DNA from: Firmicutes bacterium HGW-Firmicutes-11
GTDB lineage: Bacteria; Bacillota; Clostridia; Peptostreptococcales; Anaerovoracaceae
DNA: 64,000 nt
Reading direction: 5' to 3'
Assembly: GCA_002840285.1 (NCBI GenBank)
Contig: PHAE01000004.1
Coordinates: forward strand, 7,706-71,705
Shown here: piece after piece, positions 49,244 through 59,617 of the stretch
Layout of the letters: each line of letters starts with the position of its first letter
How positions within the stretch are numbered: position 1 is the first letter of the stretch
Notes under the pieces: generated by a model
Databases searched by the model: none
What the model was told of the DNA's origin: nothing
Seen by the model: only the letters and a program-made list of their open reading frames with translations
Translations under genes and position numbers: made by a program

Positions 49244-50431
49244 ATGAAATACGCAGATCGCATGAAAAATATGGAGGACAAGGCCCTTCTTGCTTTGATG
49301 GAACTTGCCGAGGCCAAAGATGTGATTTCCTTTTCCGGCGGATTTCCATCACCGGAAACCTATCCTCTTGAGGACATCAGAGAATCCTTTTACCACGTTT
49401 TGGAGCACGAAGCCAAGGAAGCTTTGAGCTACAGCTCCACACGTGGATTTGCCAGATTGCGGGAGTTGATCGCCGAGCGGATGGAACAGCAGTTCCGTGT
49501 GCCCTGTGAAGCGGATGAGATCGTGATCACCAGCGGATCCCAGCAAGCGTTGGACATGAGCGGATTGTTGTTTATCGACAAGGGAGACATCGTGCTCTTT
49601 GAGACACCGTCCTATTTGGGAGCCCTCAATGCCCTGAAAGCCTATGAAGCAGAACTCGTGGAAGTGGAGACCGATGATGACGGTATCGGCATCGATGCGC
49701 TAAAACAGGCACTGGACACCTATGGGGAACGGGTCAAGTTGGTCTATGTCATCCCTGATTTTCAGAATCCCACCAGTCGATGCTGGTCCCAGGATCGGCG
49801 TATTGCCTTTATGGACTTGATGGCCCAATACGATATCCCGGTCCTTGAGGATGCAGCCTATTCCGAACTGACATTCAAAGAAGAAAAAGAAACGCCCCTC
49901 CTGGGGTATGATCGGAAGGGGCAGGTGATCTATTGCGGTACTTTTTCAAAAAACTTCTGTCCGGGTCTTCGGATCGCCTGGATCGCCGCCAGAAAAGATA
50001 TCATTGAACAATATCTGGTGCTGAAGAGCTTTGTCGACTTGTCATCGACGGCGATCACCCAGCGGCAAATGGCCTACTATCTGGACCATTACGACCTTGA
50101 TGCCCATGTCTCAAAGATCATAACTCTTTACAAAGAGCGGAGGGATCTTATGCTGCAGGTCGTCGCCAGGGAGTTTCCCAAGGAAGTGAAGTACAACAAA
50201 CCTATGGGAGGGCTCTTCCTGTGGATGACTCTTCCGGAAGGAAAGGACACCAAAGAGTTGTTGCTGCGTGCGCTGGCGGAAGGGGTGGCCTTCGTACCGG
50301 GAGGGTCTTTCTATCCCGGCGCGGCGAAAAACAATGAGATGCGGATCAACTTCTCCAACATGACGGAAGCGGAGATCGTGGAAGGAATGACGCGGCTGGG
50401 TCGGATCACCCGGGACTACTTGCTGGAATAG
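49244..50431 (+). CDS. PLP-dependent aminotransferase (class I/II fold, 2-aminoadipate/aromatic aminotransferase-like)
   Basis: 395 aa. ISFSGGFP, a TFSKNFCPGLRIAW-type PLP-lysine motif, and a C-terminal R...FS pattern. Confidence 0.8.
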   Translation: MKYADRMKNMEDKALLALMELAEAKDVISFSGGFPSPETYPLEDIRESFYHVLEHEAKEALSYSSTRGFARLRELIAERMEQQFRVPCEADEIVITSGSQQALDMSGLLFIDKGDIVLFETPSYLGALNALKAYEAELVEVETDDDGIGIDALKQALDTYGERVKLVYVIPDFQNPTSRCWSQDRRIAFMDLMAQYDIPVLEDAAYSELTFKEEKETPLLGYDRKGQVIYCGTFSKNFCPGLRIAWIAARKDIIEQYLVLKSFVDLSSTAITQRQMAYYLDHYDLDAHVSKIITLYKERRDLMLQVVAREFPKEVKYNKPMGGLFLWMTLPEGKDTKELLLRALAEGVAFVPGGSFYPGAAKNNEMRINFSNMTEAEIVEGMTRLGRITRDYLLE

Positions 50432-52062
50432 GACGCTTCGATCCTGCGCCTGGTTTCCGCTTCTCCCAGGATCTGCTGGATCTCCCAGAGGTCTGGAGAG
50501 GAAGAGCGACCGACCAGCGCGATTCGTATCACTGTACTGACGTCTCCCACATGCCCCTTGTATAGCTCGGGGCTTTTTTTATAGTCTTTCGGCTTAGCGG
50601 CATAACCAAGCTGCACTGCAAGTTCTCTGACCTTATCAAACCAGCCGGTCTGATCGTCACTGTGATCATAGGTCGCAAGGTATTGAGCAAGGATTTGTTC
50701 ACGTTCTTCCTGGTGGATAAGCTCCGGCCAGGGATCGATTTGCTTAAAGTGATCGGTGAAGAAATAGGAGATGAAATCAAAGATCTGCTCTCCGTAAATC
50801 AGATCTTTCCGTGGCTTATCACCGTGACGGTCCATCGCAAGGATGCGAAGCAGAGTTGCTTCCTCACCGGCCAACAGGGGCATCAGATCGTCCCGATAGG
50901 ACGCCGCCCAACGAAGCAAGAAATCGTAGATCTCCTGGTCGTCCATGCGGACCATAACTTCCTTGCTCACATCGTTGAGTTTGTCAAGGTCAAACAGTGT
51001 GCCAGAACTGGACATTTTTTCCGTTGAAAAGATAAACTCTTCCGCTGGCCGGTCTGGATTGGCGAGACGCCATTCCTCGAAATTTGAATTCAGTATGGTC
51101 AGCAGATATTCCCGTACTGCGAGAGGGTGGTACCCTTGCTTTTGGTAGTAATCCAACGATAGCTCGGGATCTTTCCGCTTGGAAAGCTTGCGCTTGGTTT
51201 CGCCATCCAGTTTCATCAACACAGTCGTATGGCAATAGACAGGGAACGGCAGGGCAAGCGCATTGGTAAGGGCGACATGGATCGGCAATGAAGAAAGCCA
51301 TTCTTCTCCGCGGATCACATGAGTCGTTCGCATCAAAAAGTCGTCGATGACATGGGCGAAGTGATAAGTAGGAATTCCATTTTGTTTCAGAAGCACCACG
51401 TCCTGTGTGTTTTCCGGCATAGAAAGAAGACCACGGATCCCATCTTCGATGTGAAAATAGCGGGCAGAGTCACCCTGGGAGCGCAGTCGGATCACATAAG
51501 GCACATCATTTGCGAGCCGCTCTTGGATCTCGTCGAGAGTCAGATCGCGGCAGCGTGCCCACGTGCCATAATATCCCGGGTTATCCCCGGATCCCTCCTG
51601 CGCAGAACGGATATCCGCCAATTCATCCTCCGTACAAAAGCAGGGGTAGGCCTCGCCGCAGAGGATAAGATGTTTTGCATAGCATTGATAGATCAAGGCA
51701 CGTTGGCTTTGGTAGTAGGGTCCATACTCGCCGGAATCACCGTCAAGTGTAGCACCCTCATCAAAATGAAGACCGAAGTAGTCGAGGGCGGAAAGGATCG
51801 CCTCTACCGCTCCCTCCACTTCGCGCTTTTCATCGGTGTCTTCTATCCTAAGATAAAACACACCACCGCTCTGATGAGCCAGCCGTTCATCAGCAAACGC
51901 GCCGTAGAGATTTCCAAGGTGAATAAAACCCGTCGGGCTCGGACCGAGTCTCGTCACCCGTGCACCTTGCGGTAACTTGCGGGGCGGATAGAGAGCTGCG
52001 TAGTCGTCGGGGGTTTTATCGATATGGGGAAACAGAAGATCTGCGAGGGTTTTGTTGCTCAT
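50416..52062 (-). CDS. gltX: glutamate--tRNA ligase (long class I GlxRS)
   Basis: 548 aa. HIGH-type motif PSPTGFIHLGN, RIEDTD, and KMSKS-type KLSKRK. Its 3' end overlaps the convergent aminotransferase gene by 16 nt. Confidence 0.85.
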   Translation of the reverse strand: MSNKTLADLLFPHIDKTPDDYAALYPPRKLPQGARVTRLGPSPTGFIHLGNLYGAFADERLAHQSGGVFYLRIEDTDEKREVEGAVEAILSALDYFGLHFDEGATLDGDSGEYGPYYQSQRALIYQCYAKHLILCGEAYPCFCTEDELADIRSAQEGSGDNPGYYGTWARCRDLTLDEIQERLANDVPYVIRLRSQGDSARYFHIEDGIRGLLSMPENTQDVVLLKQNGIPTYHFAHVIDDFLMRTTHVIRGEEWLSSLPIHVALTNALALPFPVYCHTTVLMKLDGETKRKLSKRKDPELSLDYYQKQGYHPLAVREYLLTILNSNFEEWRLANPDRPAEEFIFSTEKMSSSGTLFDLDKLNDVSKEVMVRMDDQEIYDFLLRWAASYRDDLMPLLAGEEATLLRILAMDRHGDKPRKDLIYGEQIFDFISYFFTDHFKQIDPWPELIHQEEREQILAQYLATYDHSDDQTGWFDKVRELAVQLGYAAKPKDYKKSPELYKGHVGDVSTVIRIALVGRSSSPDLWEIQQILGEAETRRRIEASYSSK

Positions 52063-52150
52063 GGATGAAACTCCTTTTCAAATGGTTCGATTCCCCGGTA
52101 TTATACATGTTTTTGGTCTTAAAAACAATAAAACATGGTATAATACGTCC

Positions 52151-53566
52151 ATGATCAAAGACAAAGTAGCAATGACAATCGAGGATCGGAACCTCATCAA
52201 TGCAGGGGATCACATCGTCGTCGGGGTTTCTGGCGGCCCGGATTCCGTATGTCTTCTTCATATTCTTCACGAACTTTCAGACACGCTGGATCTCCGCCTG
52301 ACTGCAGTGCACGTCAACCATTGCTTAAGGGGCGAGGAAGCGGACAGAGACCAGGCATACACTGAGAATCTGTGCAAACGCCTCGGCATTCCCTGTGTGG
52401 TGGTTTCCTGCGATATCAAAGCGATGGCGCTAAAAGAAGATATGACGACGGAAGAAGCCGGCAGAGAATTTCGCTATCGCTCGTTTTTTAAAGTCAGGGA
52501 CAAGATTAAAAGCGCCGGTGGAGAGAAAGTTCCGGTGAAGATCGCCGTCGCCCAAAACCGCAATGACCGCGCAGAAACCGTTTTGATGCGGATCCTCAGG
52601 GGAACCGGACCGGATGGCCTTTCGGCAATGGATTTCATTCGGGAAGACGGCGTCATCCGGCCGCTCCTTGCCATTGATCGCAGCGAGATCGAAGCCTACT
52701 GCGCAGATCAAGAGCTTGACCCGAGGACCGATCCCACGAACCTGGAGCCAGTCTATACCCGCAATCGAATCCGGTTGGAACTGCTTCCACACCTGGCACA
52801 GAATTACAACAACGAAATCATAGCAGCCCTGGATCGTTTATCCAGATTCGCAGCGGAAGACAGAACCTACTTCCGGGATGAGGTGGATCGCTTGCTGAAA
52901 GCAGCGAAATATGAAGAAACCGGAAATCTGCCCAGGGAGTTTTATCGGCAACTCCCTCCTTCAGTGGGAAAGCGACTGATTGGTACGGTATTGAAAAAAA
53001 ATGGATTGCATCAGGATATCGCTGCTTCTCATCTGGAACGAGGAGATCGGATGATTCGTTACGGTGGATCCGGAGATCGCCTAGAATTTCCAAAAGGGTA
53101 CCTTCTTATTTTGTCAGGGGAAAGCGTTATATTTTCCTCGGTAAAGGAAGAGAAACCGAAGTCGTTTTCTTATCCTCTCCAAATCGACGGAACGACCCGC
53201 CTGCCGGATCTGGGAGTGGAAATCAGGACAAAGACCCTCAAGCTGGTAGATTTGGCCGCATTGTCCAGCGACGATGGCTTCACCGTCTGTATCGCCTATC
53301 CGGAGAGACTGGCGACTGAAGAGAAGATCGTTGTAAGGTCGAGACGCCCCGGCGACTGGTTTGCGCCAATGGGCATGGATGGGACGAAGAAGTTGCAAAA
53401 TTATTTTGTGGATGAGAAGATCCCAGTACAGGATAGAGACCGGATCCCCTTGTTATGCGTCGGCACGGAAGTATTGTGGATCCCAGGGTATCGATTGAGC
53501 GAAACCTGCAGAGTGACCCCGGAAACGAAAACCGTGCTTTCTGTTGAATATAGAGAAACAGTGTGA
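52151..53566 (+). CDS. tilS: tRNA(Ile)-lysidine synthetase
   Basis: ATG 52151; the track start 52052 overlaps the gltX 5' end. PP-loop SGGPDS, and the conserved C-terminal domain (G.KK...FF.D.KIP...R...P). Confidence 0.9.
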   Translation: MIKDKVAMTIEDRNLINAGDHIVVGVSGGPDSVCLLHILHELSDTLDLRLTAVHVNHCLRGEEADRDQAYTENLCKRLGIPCVVVSCDIKAMALKEDMTTEEAGREFRYRSFFKVRDKIKSAGGEKVPVKIAVAQNRNDRAETVLMRILRGTGPDGLSAMDFIREDGVIRPLLAIDRSEIEAYCADQELDPRTDPTNLEPVYTRNRIRLELLPHLAQNYNNEIIAALDRLSRFAAEDRTYFRDEVDRLLKAAKYEETGNLPREFYRQLPPSVGKRLIGTVLKKNGLHQDIAASHLERGDRMIRYGGSGDRLEFPKGYLLILSGESVIFSSVKEEKPKSFSYPLQIDGTTRLPDLGVEIRTKTLKLVDLAALSSDDGFTVCIAYPERLATEEKIVVRSRRPGDWFAPMGMDGTKKLQNYFVDEKIPVQDRDRIPLLCVGTEVLWIPGYRLSETCRVTPETKTVLSVEYRETV

Positions 53567-53623
53567 TAAAATATCACGATACTGTTAAAAAGAGGGCTTC
53601 TTGCCCAGGGAGGTAATACACCG

Positions 53624-55651
53624 TTGAATCGAATCGTTAAAAATCTAGGCATATACCTGGTTATTTTTGCTCTGGTTCTGGGATTCGCCTGGTTTTATCA
53701 GGGCGACCAACAGCAACCGGTGGAGCCGGTGGAGTTTTCTGAGTTTGTCAGTCAGCTTCAAAGCCGGCAGATCAAAGAGCTTACCATAGTCGATACCAGT
53801 TTCATAGGAACGCTGCGCAACGGCGACAAGATATCCACCTACGCTCCCTCCAGCATCGAGATGATGCTGCTCAGTGAGCGATATGTGTTTCCCCAGATGG
53901 AAGAAGGTATTTTAGTGCTCACCAGTGAGAAGCCATCCAGCTCCTCCTGGGTCATTTCTCTGCTGCCCACGATCGTTATGATCCTTATCTTTGTCCTGTT
54001 CTGGTTTGTGTTCATGCAACAAGGCCAGGGCGGAGGAAAAGGAGTGATGAACTTCGGAAAGAGTAAGGCAAGGCTTCACAAGGAAGAGGATCTTCGCAAA
54101 GTCACATATGCGGATGTTGCCGGCCTAGATGAAGAAAAGGCGGAGCTCGAGGAAGTCGTGGATTTTCTCAAGTCACCCAGAAAATTCAACAACCTGGGTG
54201 CCCGCATACCCAAAGGGATCCTACTGGTGGGCCCTCCCGGAACCGGAAAGACGTATCTGTCCAGAGCTACCGCCGGTGAAGCCGGTGTTCCATTTTTCAG
54301 CATCAGCGGTTCCGAATTCGTGGAGATGTTTGTCGGTGTCGGTGCATCCAGAGTCAGAGACCTGTTCGATCAAGCCAAAAAGAACTCGCCTTGCATCATA
54401 TTTATCGACGAGATCGACGCAGTAGGCAGAAAACGTGGTGCAGGTCTGGGCGGCGGTCATGATGAAAGGGAGCAGACATTGAATCAGCTTCTTGTTGAGA
54501 TGGACGGTTTCGGCGATAACAGCGGCATCATCATTCTTGCTGCCACCAACCGGCCGGACATCCTGGATTCAGCGCTTCTGCGTCCCGGACGCTTCGACCG
54601 TCAGGTCGTCATCGGCATACCGGATATCAAGGGAAGAGAAGCGATCTTCCGTATCCACTCCAGAAACAAACCCATCGACGACAGCGTCGATCCCAAGGTG
54701 CTTGCCAGAAGAACTCCGGGTTTTACACCAGCAGATATCGAAAACATGCTCAATGAGGCTGCGCTTCTTACAGCGAGGCGGAACGGCAAATTCATCCGGA
54801 TGGTCGAGCTCGAAGAGGCAATCACTAAGGTGATCGCCGGACCGGAAAAGAAAAGCCGGGTGATCAGCGAGGACGAGCGAAAACTGACCGCGTATCACGA
54901 AGCCGGTCATGCTGTCGTAGCAAGACTGTTGCCCAATACCGATCCGGTGCACCAAGTGACCATCGTTCCGCGAGGTCTCGCAGGCGGATTTACCATGATC
55001 CTTCCGAAGGAAGACAAGTATTATGCGACTAAGACGAACATGGAAGAGAAAATCGTCCATCTTCTGGGAGGACGGGTCGCAGAAAAACTGACACTCAACG
55101 ATATCAGCACCGGTGCAAGCAACGACATCGAACGGGCGACAGACATTGCCCGGGCCATGGTCACCAAATACGGAATGAGCGACCGGTTGGGTCCGGTCAA
55201 CTACAGCTCTTCCGATGAAGTGTTTCTCGGAAAAGATTTCTCAACAAGAAAAAATTACTCTGAGGAAATGGCGAAGGAGATCGACGAAGAGATTCGTTCG
55301 ATCATCGAAACCGGCTTTGACCGGGCGGAGTCCTTGCTTTCGGAAAACGTCGACAAGCTACATCTGGTCGCCGGGGTGCTTCTGGAGCTGGAGACCCTGG
55401 ATGCTGCTCAGTTCGAAGCCCTGGTTTCAGGGGAAAAGACACCGGACCAACTGATCAGTGACACCAAGGAGCAGGAAAAAAACACAGAAGCGGCAAATGC
55501 CAAAGAAGCTGCTGAGCATCTTGCAGAAATGGAAGCCCAGGACCAGGCGGAATCCATCGATGGCGATGAAGAAGATTATGAAGAGGACACGGATGAGCTC
55601 GACGAGGACACTGTTGCCTCAGAAGAGGATGATGAAAGCCGCAAAAAATAA
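53624..55651 (+). CDS. ftsH: ATP-dependent zinc metalloprotease FtsH
   Basis: TTG start 10 nt after GGGAGG. Two TM helices, AAA+ Walker [12 protein letters not shown], zinc motif HEAGH, and an acidic C-terminal tail. Confidence 0.97.
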   Translation: MNRIVKNLGIYLVIFALVLGFAWFYQGDQQQPVEPVEFSEFVSQLQSRQIKELTIVDTSFIGTLRNGDKISTYAPSSIEMMLLSERYVFPQMEEGILVLTSEKPSSSSWVISLLPTIVMILIFVLFWFVFMQQGQGGGKGVMNFGKSKARLHKEEDLRKVTYADVAGLDEEKAELEEVVDFLKSPRKFNNLGARIPKGILLVGPPGTGKTYLSRATAGEAGVPFFSISGSEFVEMFVGVGASRVRDLFDQAKKNSPCIIFIDEIDAVGRKRGAGLGGGHDEREQTLNQLLVEMDGFGDNSGIIILAATNRPDILDSALLRPGRFDRQVVIGIPDIKGREAIFRIHSRNKPIDDSVDPKVLARRTPGFTPADIENMLNEAALLTARRNGKFIRMVELEEAITKVIAGPEKKSRVISEDERKLTAYHEAGHAVVARLLPNTDPVHQVTIVPRGLAGGFTMILPKEDKYYATKTNMEEKIVHLLGGRVAEKLTLNDISTGASNDIERATDIARAMVTKYGMSDRLGPVNYSSSDEVFLGKDFSTRKNYSEEMAKEIDEEIRSIIETGFDRAESLLSENVDKLHLVAGVLLELETLDAAQFEALVSGEKTPDQLISDTKEQEKNTEAANAKEAAEHLAEMEAQDQAESIDGDEEDYEEDTDELDEDTVASEEDDESRKK

Positions 55652-55679
55652 ATTGTGTCCAGAAGCAAGACAATATCTA

Positions 55680-55708
55680 TTGAATAATTCTCAAAAGTGA
55701 TATATAGT
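55680..55708 (+). promoter_or_regulatory. candidate sigma-A promoter of the decarboxylase operon
   Basis: TTGAAT (55680-55685), 17-bp spacer, TATAGT (55703-55708). Confidence 0.4.
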
Positions 55709-55774
55709 GGTCGTGATGTGCTCGTGAAGACAACATGAATGTAATTTACATAGTGTAGTAGGAGGAATTGTTTC

Positions 55775-57316
55775 ATGAACAAGATTGAAGATCTTCGCAA
55801 GAAAAAAGAACATCTTGCGCAAGGCGGCGGACAGAAACGGATCGAGGACCAGCATGCAAAGGGCAAGTTGACAGCCAGAGAGAGGATCGCTCTGCTATTC
55901 GACGAGGGCAGCTTCGTGGAGATGGACACCTTCGTGTCCCACCGATCCAACAATTTCGACATGGCTCACACAAAGGCCCCCGGCGACGGTGTTGTCACCG
56001 GCTACGGAAATGTTGACGGGCGGCTGGTTTTTGCATTTGCTCAGGATTTCACCGTGCTCGGTGGTTCCCTGGGTGAATACCACGCAGAAAAAATCGTGAA
56101 AGTACAGAAAATGGCGCTAAAAATGGGCGCACCCATCGTCGGTCTCAACGATTCCGGCGGAGCCAGGATCCAGGAGGGCGTCAACTCTCTGTCCGGATTC
56201 GGAAAAATCTTCTATAACAATACCATCGCATCCGGTGTCATTCCACAGATCTCTGTGATCATGGGGCCCTGTGCTGGCGGAGCTGTGTACTCTCCTGCGA
56301 TCATGGACTTCGTTTTCATGGTGGACAAGACCAGCCAGATGTTTATCACCGGACCTCAGGTCATCAAGACCGTTACCGGTGAAGATATCTCGCCGGAAAA
56401 ACTTGGCGGAGCCATGACCCACAACAGCATCAGCGGCGTTGCCCACTTCATCGGAAAAGATGATACCGATACACTGATAAAAGTCAGGGAGTTGATCTCC
56501 TATCTGCCTTCCAACAATTTAGAAACCGCTCCTGTCTACGCTACCACAGACGATCCAAACCGTCTGATCCCGGAGTTCAACGAGATCATCCCGGAAAACC
56601 CCAACAAGGGATACGACGTATACGAAGTCATCAAAAAGCTGGCAGACAATGAGCAGATCTATGATGTGATGCACTATTATGCGAAAAACATCGTCACCTG
56701 TTTCATCCGTTTAGACGGACAGACCGTTGGTGTGATAGCCAGCCAGCCTAAATTTGCGGCAGGTTGTCTCGACATCGACGCATCGGACAAAGCGGCTCGT
56801 TTCATTCGTCGCTGTGACGCATTCAACATTCCTCTTTTGACATTGGTCGACGTGCCTGGCTTCCTGCCGGGGACCGGGCAGGAGCATGGCGGGATCATCC
56901 GGCATGGAGCAAAATTGCTTTATGCCTATGCAGAAGCCACCGTTCCCAAGGTCACCATGATCTTGAGAAAAGCTTATGGAGGCGCTTACATCGGCATGTG
57001 TAACAAGGAATTGGGCGCAGATATGGTGCTTGCATGGCCCAGCGCACAGATCGCAGTCATGGGCGCAGAGGGCGCAGCTAACATCGTCTTCAAAAATGAC
57101 ATCAAAAAAGCGGACGATCCCGTCGCCAAGCGGCAGGAAAAGATCGCAGAATATGAAGAAAAATTCTCCAATCCTTACCGCGCAGCGGAAATGGGTTATG
57201 TTGACGACGTCATCGAGCCGGCGACTGCGCGTCAGAGAGTGATCAGCGCTTACGACATGCTGGCCTCCAAGAGAGAATCCCTGCCGGCGAAGAAGCACGG
57301 AAATATTCCACTTTAG
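55775..57316 (+). CDS. mmdA: acyl-CoA carboxyltransferase (methylmalonyl-CoA decarboxylase alpha subunit / PccB-like)
   Basis: 513 aa. Two crotonase-like carboxyltransferase domains. The N-terminal pattern ...GGGQKRIEDQHAKGKLTARERI is typical. First gene of a 4-gene Na+-decarboxylase cluster. Substrate assignment is by family resemblance only. Confidence 0.85.
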   Translation: MNKIEDLRKKKEHLAQGGGQKRIEDQHAKGKLTARERIALLFDEGSFVEMDTFVSHRSNNFDMAHTKAPGDGVVTGYGNVDGRLVFAFAQDFTVLGGSLGEYHAEKIVKVQKMALKMGAPIVGLNDSGGARIQEGVNSLSGFGKIFYNNTIASGVIPQISVIMGPCAGGAVYSPAIMDFVFMVDKTSQMFITGPQVIKTVTGEDISPEKLGGAMTHNSISGVAHFIGKDDTDTLIKVRELISYLPSNNLETAPVYATTDDPNRLIPEFNEIIPENPNKGYDVYEVIKKLADNEQIYDVMHYYAKNIVTCFIRLDGQTVGVIASQPKFAAGCLDIDASDKAARFIRRCDAFNIPLLTLVDVPGFLPGTGQEHGGIIRHGAKLLYAYAEATVPKVTMILRKAYGGAYIGMCNKELGADMVLAWPSAQIAVMGAEGAANIVFKNDIKKADDPVAKRQEKIAEYEEKFSNPYRAAEMGYVDDVIEPATARQRVISAYDMLASKRESLPAKKHGNIPL

Positions 57317-57328
57317 GAGGTGGCGGAA

Positions 57329-57769
57329 ATGAATGAACTTGGATTGATGCAACGCTTTGCCGATCCGGCGCTTTTCGAGTCACTGGACAGTGGAGAAAAG
57401 CTGATTGCAAGTCTGATCACAACATTGACCGGAATGGGTGTCACATTTGCCGTTCTGATCATCATATGGGTGGCTATCGCAATCATGGCCCGTCTTTTGA
57501 AGGTACAAGTACCTAAAAAAGAAAGCCCAGCTCCAGCTCCCGTCGTTGCAGCAGCAAAGGCGGAACAAAATACCGCAGCCACGGTTGCACAGCAGGACGC
57601 CGGAGCGAGCAATGAGCTGATTGCAGTGATAATGGCAGCGATCGCGGCCAGCGAGGGTACCGAGTATGTCAACGATCTGGTAGTCAGAAAGATCAACCGG
57701 ACATCCGGTAGCAGGACGGCTTGGAATGCCGCCGGCACCGCCGACTGTATCGACAGCAGAAAATTCTAA
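57329..57769 (+). CDS. OadG-family small subunit of the Na+-translocating decarboxylase
   Basis: ATG 57329 lies 8 nt after AGGAGG. One TM helix followed by an Ala-rich linker. Position between the carboxyltransferase and biotin carrier genes. Confidence 0.7.
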   Translation: MNELGLMQRFADPALFESLDSGEKLIASLITTLTGMGVTFAVLIIIWVAIAIMARLLKVQVPKKESPAPAPVVAAAKAEQNTAATVAQQDAGASNELIAVIMAAIAASEGTEYVNDLVVRKINRTSGSRTAWNAAGTADCIDSRKF

Positions 57770-57811
57770 CGGAACCAATCAATATTCAACATCTTAAAGG
57801 AGACTGAAAAA

Positions 57812-58237
57812 ATGAAGAAGTACAACATCGTCGTAAATGGCGTCGCCTACGAAGTAGAATTGGAAGAAGTCGGTCATTCGACATCAGCGCCGAAAGCAGC
57901 CGCTCCGGTCGCAGCCCCTGCCCCTGCAGCAGCCCCTGCAGCTGCACCTGCCCCTGCAGCCGCTCCAGCCCCTGCCGCCGCTCCAGCCCCTGCCGCCGCT
58001 CCTGCAGCAGCTCCCTCCGCCGGAGCAGTCACCATCGAATCTCCCATGCCAGGAACCATTCTTGATGTCAGAGTCAAGGTCGGCGACGCGGTCACCGAAG
58101 GTCAGGTATTGGTCATGTTGGAAGCGATGAAAATGGAAAATGAGATCATGGCGCCGAGTGCAGGCGTTGTGGATTCCGTACAGGTTACAAAGGGCGCTTC
58201 CGTAAATACCGGTGACGTTTTAGTTTCCCTGAAATAA
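57812..58237 (+). CDS. biotin carboxyl carrier subunit of the decarboxylase
   Basis: 141 aa. Long Ala/Pro linker and C-terminal biotinyl domain with EAMKMENEI. Confidence 0.85.
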   Translation: MKKYNIVVNGVAYEVELEEVGHSTSAPKAAAPVAAPAPAAAPAAAPAPAAAPAPAAAPAPAAAPAAAPSAGAVTIESPMPGTILDVRVKVGDAVTEGQVLVMLEAMKMENEIMAPSAGVVDSVQVTKGASVNTGDVLVSLK

Positions 58238-58262
58238 CCTCTGAAGGAGGAAAGAAACAGTC

Positions 58263-59387
58263 ATGATTATAGAAACCATTGTTGAGTTTTTTGGCAGTTC
58301 CGGCATTGCCAACATGGATTATAAAAGCGGGATCATGATCGTGGTATCGCTAGTGTTCTTGTACCTGGCGATCAACAAGGGATTTGAACCGTTGCTCTTG
58401 GTCCCCATTGCCTTTGGCATGCTCCTTTCGAACATGCCGTTATCCGGCATGTTCGATCAAGGCGGATTGTTCTATTGGTTCTACCAGTTGAACAAAATGG
58501 GAATCCTGCCACCTCTGATCTTCATGGGCGTTGGCGCCATGACCGACTTTGGCCCACTGATCGCCAATCCCAAGTCGTTATTGATGGGAGCTGGTGCACA
58601 GTTTGGAATATTCACCAGTTTCCTTGGCGCAGTTTTGCTTGCAGGGTTCAATGCGCAAGAAGCTGCCTCCATCGGGATCATCGGCGGAGCCGATGGCCCA
58701 ACGGCGATCTTCCTGACAACAAAACTGGCGCCACACCTTCTGGGAGCCATAGCAGTCGCTGCTTATTCCTATATGGCACTGGTACCAGTCATTCAGCCTC
58801 CGATCATGAAGCTTTTGACCACGAAGAAAGAGCGGGTCATCAAGATGGATCAGCTGCGACCGGTCAGTCAGAGAGAGAAGATCATATTCCCTATCATGGT
58901 TACCGTGTTGGTATCTCTGATCCTTCCCGCAGCGGCGCCTTTGGTCGGTATGCTGATGCTTGGCAACTTGTTCAAGGAAAGTGGAAAGACATTGCGACTT
59001 TCCGACACTGCCGCCAACAACCTGATCAATGTTGTCACGATTTTCCTGGGAGTATCCGTTGGAGCTTCCGCGGTCGGTCCCCAGTTCCTTGTATTTGACA
59101 CGGTCATGATCATTATTTTAGGAGTGTTTGCATTTATGATCGGAACCGCAGGCGGACTGATCATAGCAAAAATCATGAACAGCCTGACCGGAGGAAAAAT
59201 CAATCCGCTGATCGGTTCTGCCGGTGTGTCCGCAGTGCCGATGGCAGCCCGTGTATCCCAAAAGGTCGGTCAGGAAGAGCTCTCAAGCAACTTCCTGCTG
59301 ATGCATGCAATGGGTCCCAATGTAGCCGGTGTCATCGGTTCGGCCGTTGCCGCAGGCGTACTTCTTTCGATGTTCGGCGGATATTGA
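58263..59387 (+). CDS. sodium ion-translocating decarboxylase beta subunit (OadB/MmdB/GcdB family)
   Basis: 374-aa polytopic membrane protein with conserved IGGADGPT and [13 protein letters not shown] motifs. Confidence 0.9.
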   Translation: MIIETIVEFFGSSGIANMDYKSGIMIVVSLVFLYLAINKGFEPLLLVPIAFGMLLSNMPLSGMFDQGGLFYWFYQLNKMGILPPLIFMGVGAMTDFGPLIANPKSLLMGAGAQFGIFTSFLGAVLLAGFNAQEAASIGIIGGADGPTAIFLTTKLAPHLLGAIAVAAYSYMALVPVIQPPIMKLLTTKKERVIKMDQLRPVSQREKIIFPIMVTVLVSLILPAAAPLVGMLMLGNLFKESGKTLRLSDTAANNLINVVTIFLGVSVGASAVGPQFLVFDTVMIIILGVFAFMIGTAGGLIIAKIMNSLTGGKINPLIGSAGVSAVPMAARVSQKVGQEELSSNFLLMHAMGPNVAGVIGSAVAAGVLLSMFGGY

Positions 59388-59392
59388 TACCA

Positions 59393-59501
59393 GGTGCCAC
59401 ACACCAGAACCTTTGTGTGTTAGAATAAAAATACAACAACTTGAGTTAATTAGAGTTGTTGTATTTTTATTCTAACACCTAGATGAAAGGTGTGTGGCAC
59501 C
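59393..59501. repeat. 109-bp composite palindrome
   Basis: Outer arms GGTGCCACACACC (59393-59405) / GGTGTGTGGCACC (59489-59501). Inner 24-bp perfect arms GTGTTAGAATAAAAATACAACAAC (59417-59440) / GTTGTTGTATTTTTATTCTAACAC (59455-59478), with a 14-nt loop. Confidence 0.85.
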
Positions 59502-59581
59502 TGCACCTCTTTTCCGCCGAAAGAACTATCGCTGCTGAGCGGAAGGTTCGGGTGTGTGGCACCTACACCTCTTTTCCGCCG
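59489..59581 (+). repeat. two 31-bp direct repeats (30/31 identical)
   Basis: GGTGTGTGGCACCT(G/A)CACCTCTTTTCCGCCG at 59489-59519 and 59551-59581. The first copy is also the right outer arm of the palindrome. Confidence 0.85.
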
Positions 59582-59617
59582 GCAAGCGGGTACTTGCCCC
59601 TCGCAGAGGACAAAACA

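Noticed and set aside
57880-58025. Nucleotide-level tandem repetition (GCCCCTGCMGCMGCTCC-like) that might be a VNTR or non-coding repeat
   Set aside because: It is in frame inside the biotin carrier gene and encodes the Ala/Pro-rich flexible linker ([12 protein letters not shown]...) that is standard in these subunits.
59489-59581. Sigma-54 promoters, because both 31-bp repeats contain TGGCAC
   Set aside because: The -12 element is missing: TGGCAC-N5 is followed by CCTC rather than TTGC. No enhancer-binding protein gene is nearby.
59483-59617. 45-aa N-terminal extension of dusB proposed by the ORF track
   Set aside because: The extension merely translates the palindrome and direct-repeat region (GVWHLHLFSAE / CGTYTSFPPA). 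The conserved Dus N-terminus starts at the ATG at 59618.
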